A DNA stretch of 64,000 bases from assembly GCA_039096225.1 (NCBI GenBank), contig JBBPEB010000029.1, positions 868,001-932,000 on the forward strand, read 5' to 3'. Origin of the DNA: Blastocystis sp. Blastoise (taxonomy: Eukaryota; Protista; Bigyra: Opalinata). Below, one piece after another: positions 61,891-64,000 of this stretch; the stretch's first letter is position 1; each line of letters starts with the position of its first letter. The notes below the pieces were generated by a model. The model worked only from the letters and a program-made list of their open reading frames with translations. It was not told the DNA's origin and did no database searches. The translations under genes and the position numbers were made by a program.

Positions 61891-64000
61891 CATCCTCAAA
61901 AGAATCGTCGTCCTCATGTTCTTCGTAGACCAACACAAAAACAAATGCTGAAATTAGTTGTAAAAAATGAAATTGTGAATACTATGAGTTTGAATAGAGT
62001 ATTAGAAGAAGAAGCTTTAAAGAAAAAAATACCTGTGAAAAAACAAAAGTATAATGAAGATATATATATTAATATTATTATTTTTGTTAATACTAAAACA
62101 TAGAAATTATAATAAACTTTTTAAAATATTTATTAATTTTATATTTTATTAATCATTATCTATAAATATATAGAGTATTAACAGATTTTATTCGTGTATA
62201 TTCCAGTGAGAAATGCCCAAAAGTATATACATATTCAAGAATGCTTTATTGTCCATTTATAACAAATAAACCTTTAGGTATATATATATATAATATTATT
62301 ATTATATTATAATACGAATATATATATATAATATTATTATTATATTATAATACGACTATCTATATAGAATATAAGCCATTAATAAGTTGCATTTCAGGTT
62401 TTCCCGCCAAATATATAGATCCATTAACATTAAAAGCATATACAACTGTAGAGGAATTTAAGAAGATTCGAGAACCGATTAATAAAAAGAAAACTACTGT
62501 ACGATTCAATATGAAGAAAATCAGACAAGCTGTTGGTATGTTTATATACTATTGTTATTTTTATTGAAATTCAAAAATTATTCTTTTCAAAATAAAATTA
62601 TATATATATAATGTTTATTTTATAATATATTACACTATTGTTATTTTTATTGAAATTCAAAAATTATTCTTTTCAAAATGAAATTATATATATAATATTT
62701 ATTTTAAAATATATTACATTATTATTTTTTTATTGAAATTCAAAAAATTATTTTTTTCAAAATAAATTATATATATAATATTTATTTTATAATATAACAC
62801 TATTGTTATTTTTATTGAAATTCAAAAATTATTTTTTTTTCAAAATAAAATTATATATATATTAATTATTTTCTATAGATCCGTCTGCTATTCCTGCGGG
62901 TATTGCTATAAAACCTACAAAAGCTGTGAAACAAAGTAAAACAAAGAAGAAGGAAACAGTATTAGAAAACAGTAAAAATTTGGGATTCAATAATTCTATA
63001 GTAATAGATTCAAATAAAATAATGAATACTTCTGCTACTCCAACTACTATCGTATCTTCTTCATCAGTATCTGAACTAGAACAAAAAGGAAAACAAGATA
63101 AACCAAAAAGAAAATATACAAAGAGAGCCAAAGTCGCAGCTGCTTCGTTATCAACACAATCTACAAATACAAATATACTTCCAACAAATATAATTTCTTC
63201 TTCATCTTCTCTTTCAATTAAAGATGAATGTAGACAACAAAGTATAAATACATTAATTTCTCAAAATATTAATGTAAAACAAGAACATTCAAAGAAAAAT
63301 TCATCACTTTATTCTTTATCCAATTCAATTAACGATGATATTAATGATTATTTCAGAACTAAATCAAATCATAATAATTCAATGAATAATTCAATGAATC
63401 CTGTTTCTTCATCTCTTTCTATACAACAAATGAATTCAGCTTTAAATAATGTATCTACTCCTCTTTCTTCTACTTCTATATCTACAAAGAAACATATAAA
63501 ATCTACATTTAAAGCATCAACAGCATTAGCGAATTCTTTAAATAATCAACTTAATTCTTCTTATCCTTCTTCTATTGTAATTGATGCTAATAAATTTGTT
63601 AAAGATCCATTAAGTATTCAAGGAATAACCAAAGTTAATTCAATTCCTTCTTCTTCTTCTTTATCATCTATTGACCAAAACTCTGTTATGAATAATAAAA
63701 ATACAAATATAAATCAATTCAATTCATTAACAAATATACATATTCCAGAAGAACCTAAAAAACGTAAATATTCAAAGCCAAAGAAACAATCTTCTTCAAA
63801 AGTTACAGTATCAGCGTCAAATCCAATAATATATGATACTATACAACAATCCTCATCAGTCTCAAATATAAAAAATAATAATGATTTTAGTAATATATTA
63901 TCTACAAAAACGAACGGTTTGACATCTACATTGAAATCTAAAGAAATAATGAATAATACGACAAATACAAAAACAAAAGGAAAAACAGGAAAAAGAAAAA
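60606..64000 (+). CDS. VPS72: VPS72/YL1 (SWR1 H2A.Z chaperone subunit) with a long low-complexity C-terminal extension; runs off the window
   Basis: LPERTTRGTR...FWNQDFF...DSTDSDID, LRRST, PTQKQML...NTMSL, YL1-C motif CISGFPAKYIDPLTLKAYTTVEEFKKIRE. Confidence 0.85.
62548..62860. repeat. About 84-bp intronic minisatellite, 4 copies
   Basis: Recurring TTTTTATTGAAATTCAAAAA...TTTTCAAAA core. Confidence 0.85.

Noticed and set aside
62548-62860. Regularly spaced repeats as a CRISPR-like array or transposon
   Set aside because: These are head-to-tail AT-rich tandem units without unique spacers, terminal repeats or associated genes, in a eukaryotic intron.

Overview
This is a very AT-rich, intron-dense eukaryotic genomic window. 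The gene content (mitochondrion-type targeting peptides on a bacterial-type CoA-disulfide reductase and GSIII, group X PFK, UDP-sugar pyrophosphorylase, short introns) suggests an anaerobic gut stramenopile such as Blastocystis or a relative; this is inference. I spliced about 22 protein genes by hand (roughly 130 introns) and found one tRNA-Ile(AAT). The main result concerns splicing. About 12 introns cannot be GT-AG if conserved protein motifs are to stay in frame. Two are textbook U12 AT-AC introns (ATATCCTT donor, U12-like branch point). About ten have mixed ends (AT-AG, TT-AG, GT-AA, GT-AC, GT-AT, AT-AA) without the U12 donor consensus. Some introns are only GT(AT)nAG. The window also encodes a ZRSR2-like minor-spliceosome factor and a p1/AMTP1-like subunit of the ApT 6mA DNA methyltransferase complex. 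A GC-rich motif (CCRCGG/CCGTGG) recurs far more often than the base composition suggests. Most short ORFs in the supplied track are microsatellite or intron artefacts. All gene models and homology calls are by eye, with no database search or RNA data.
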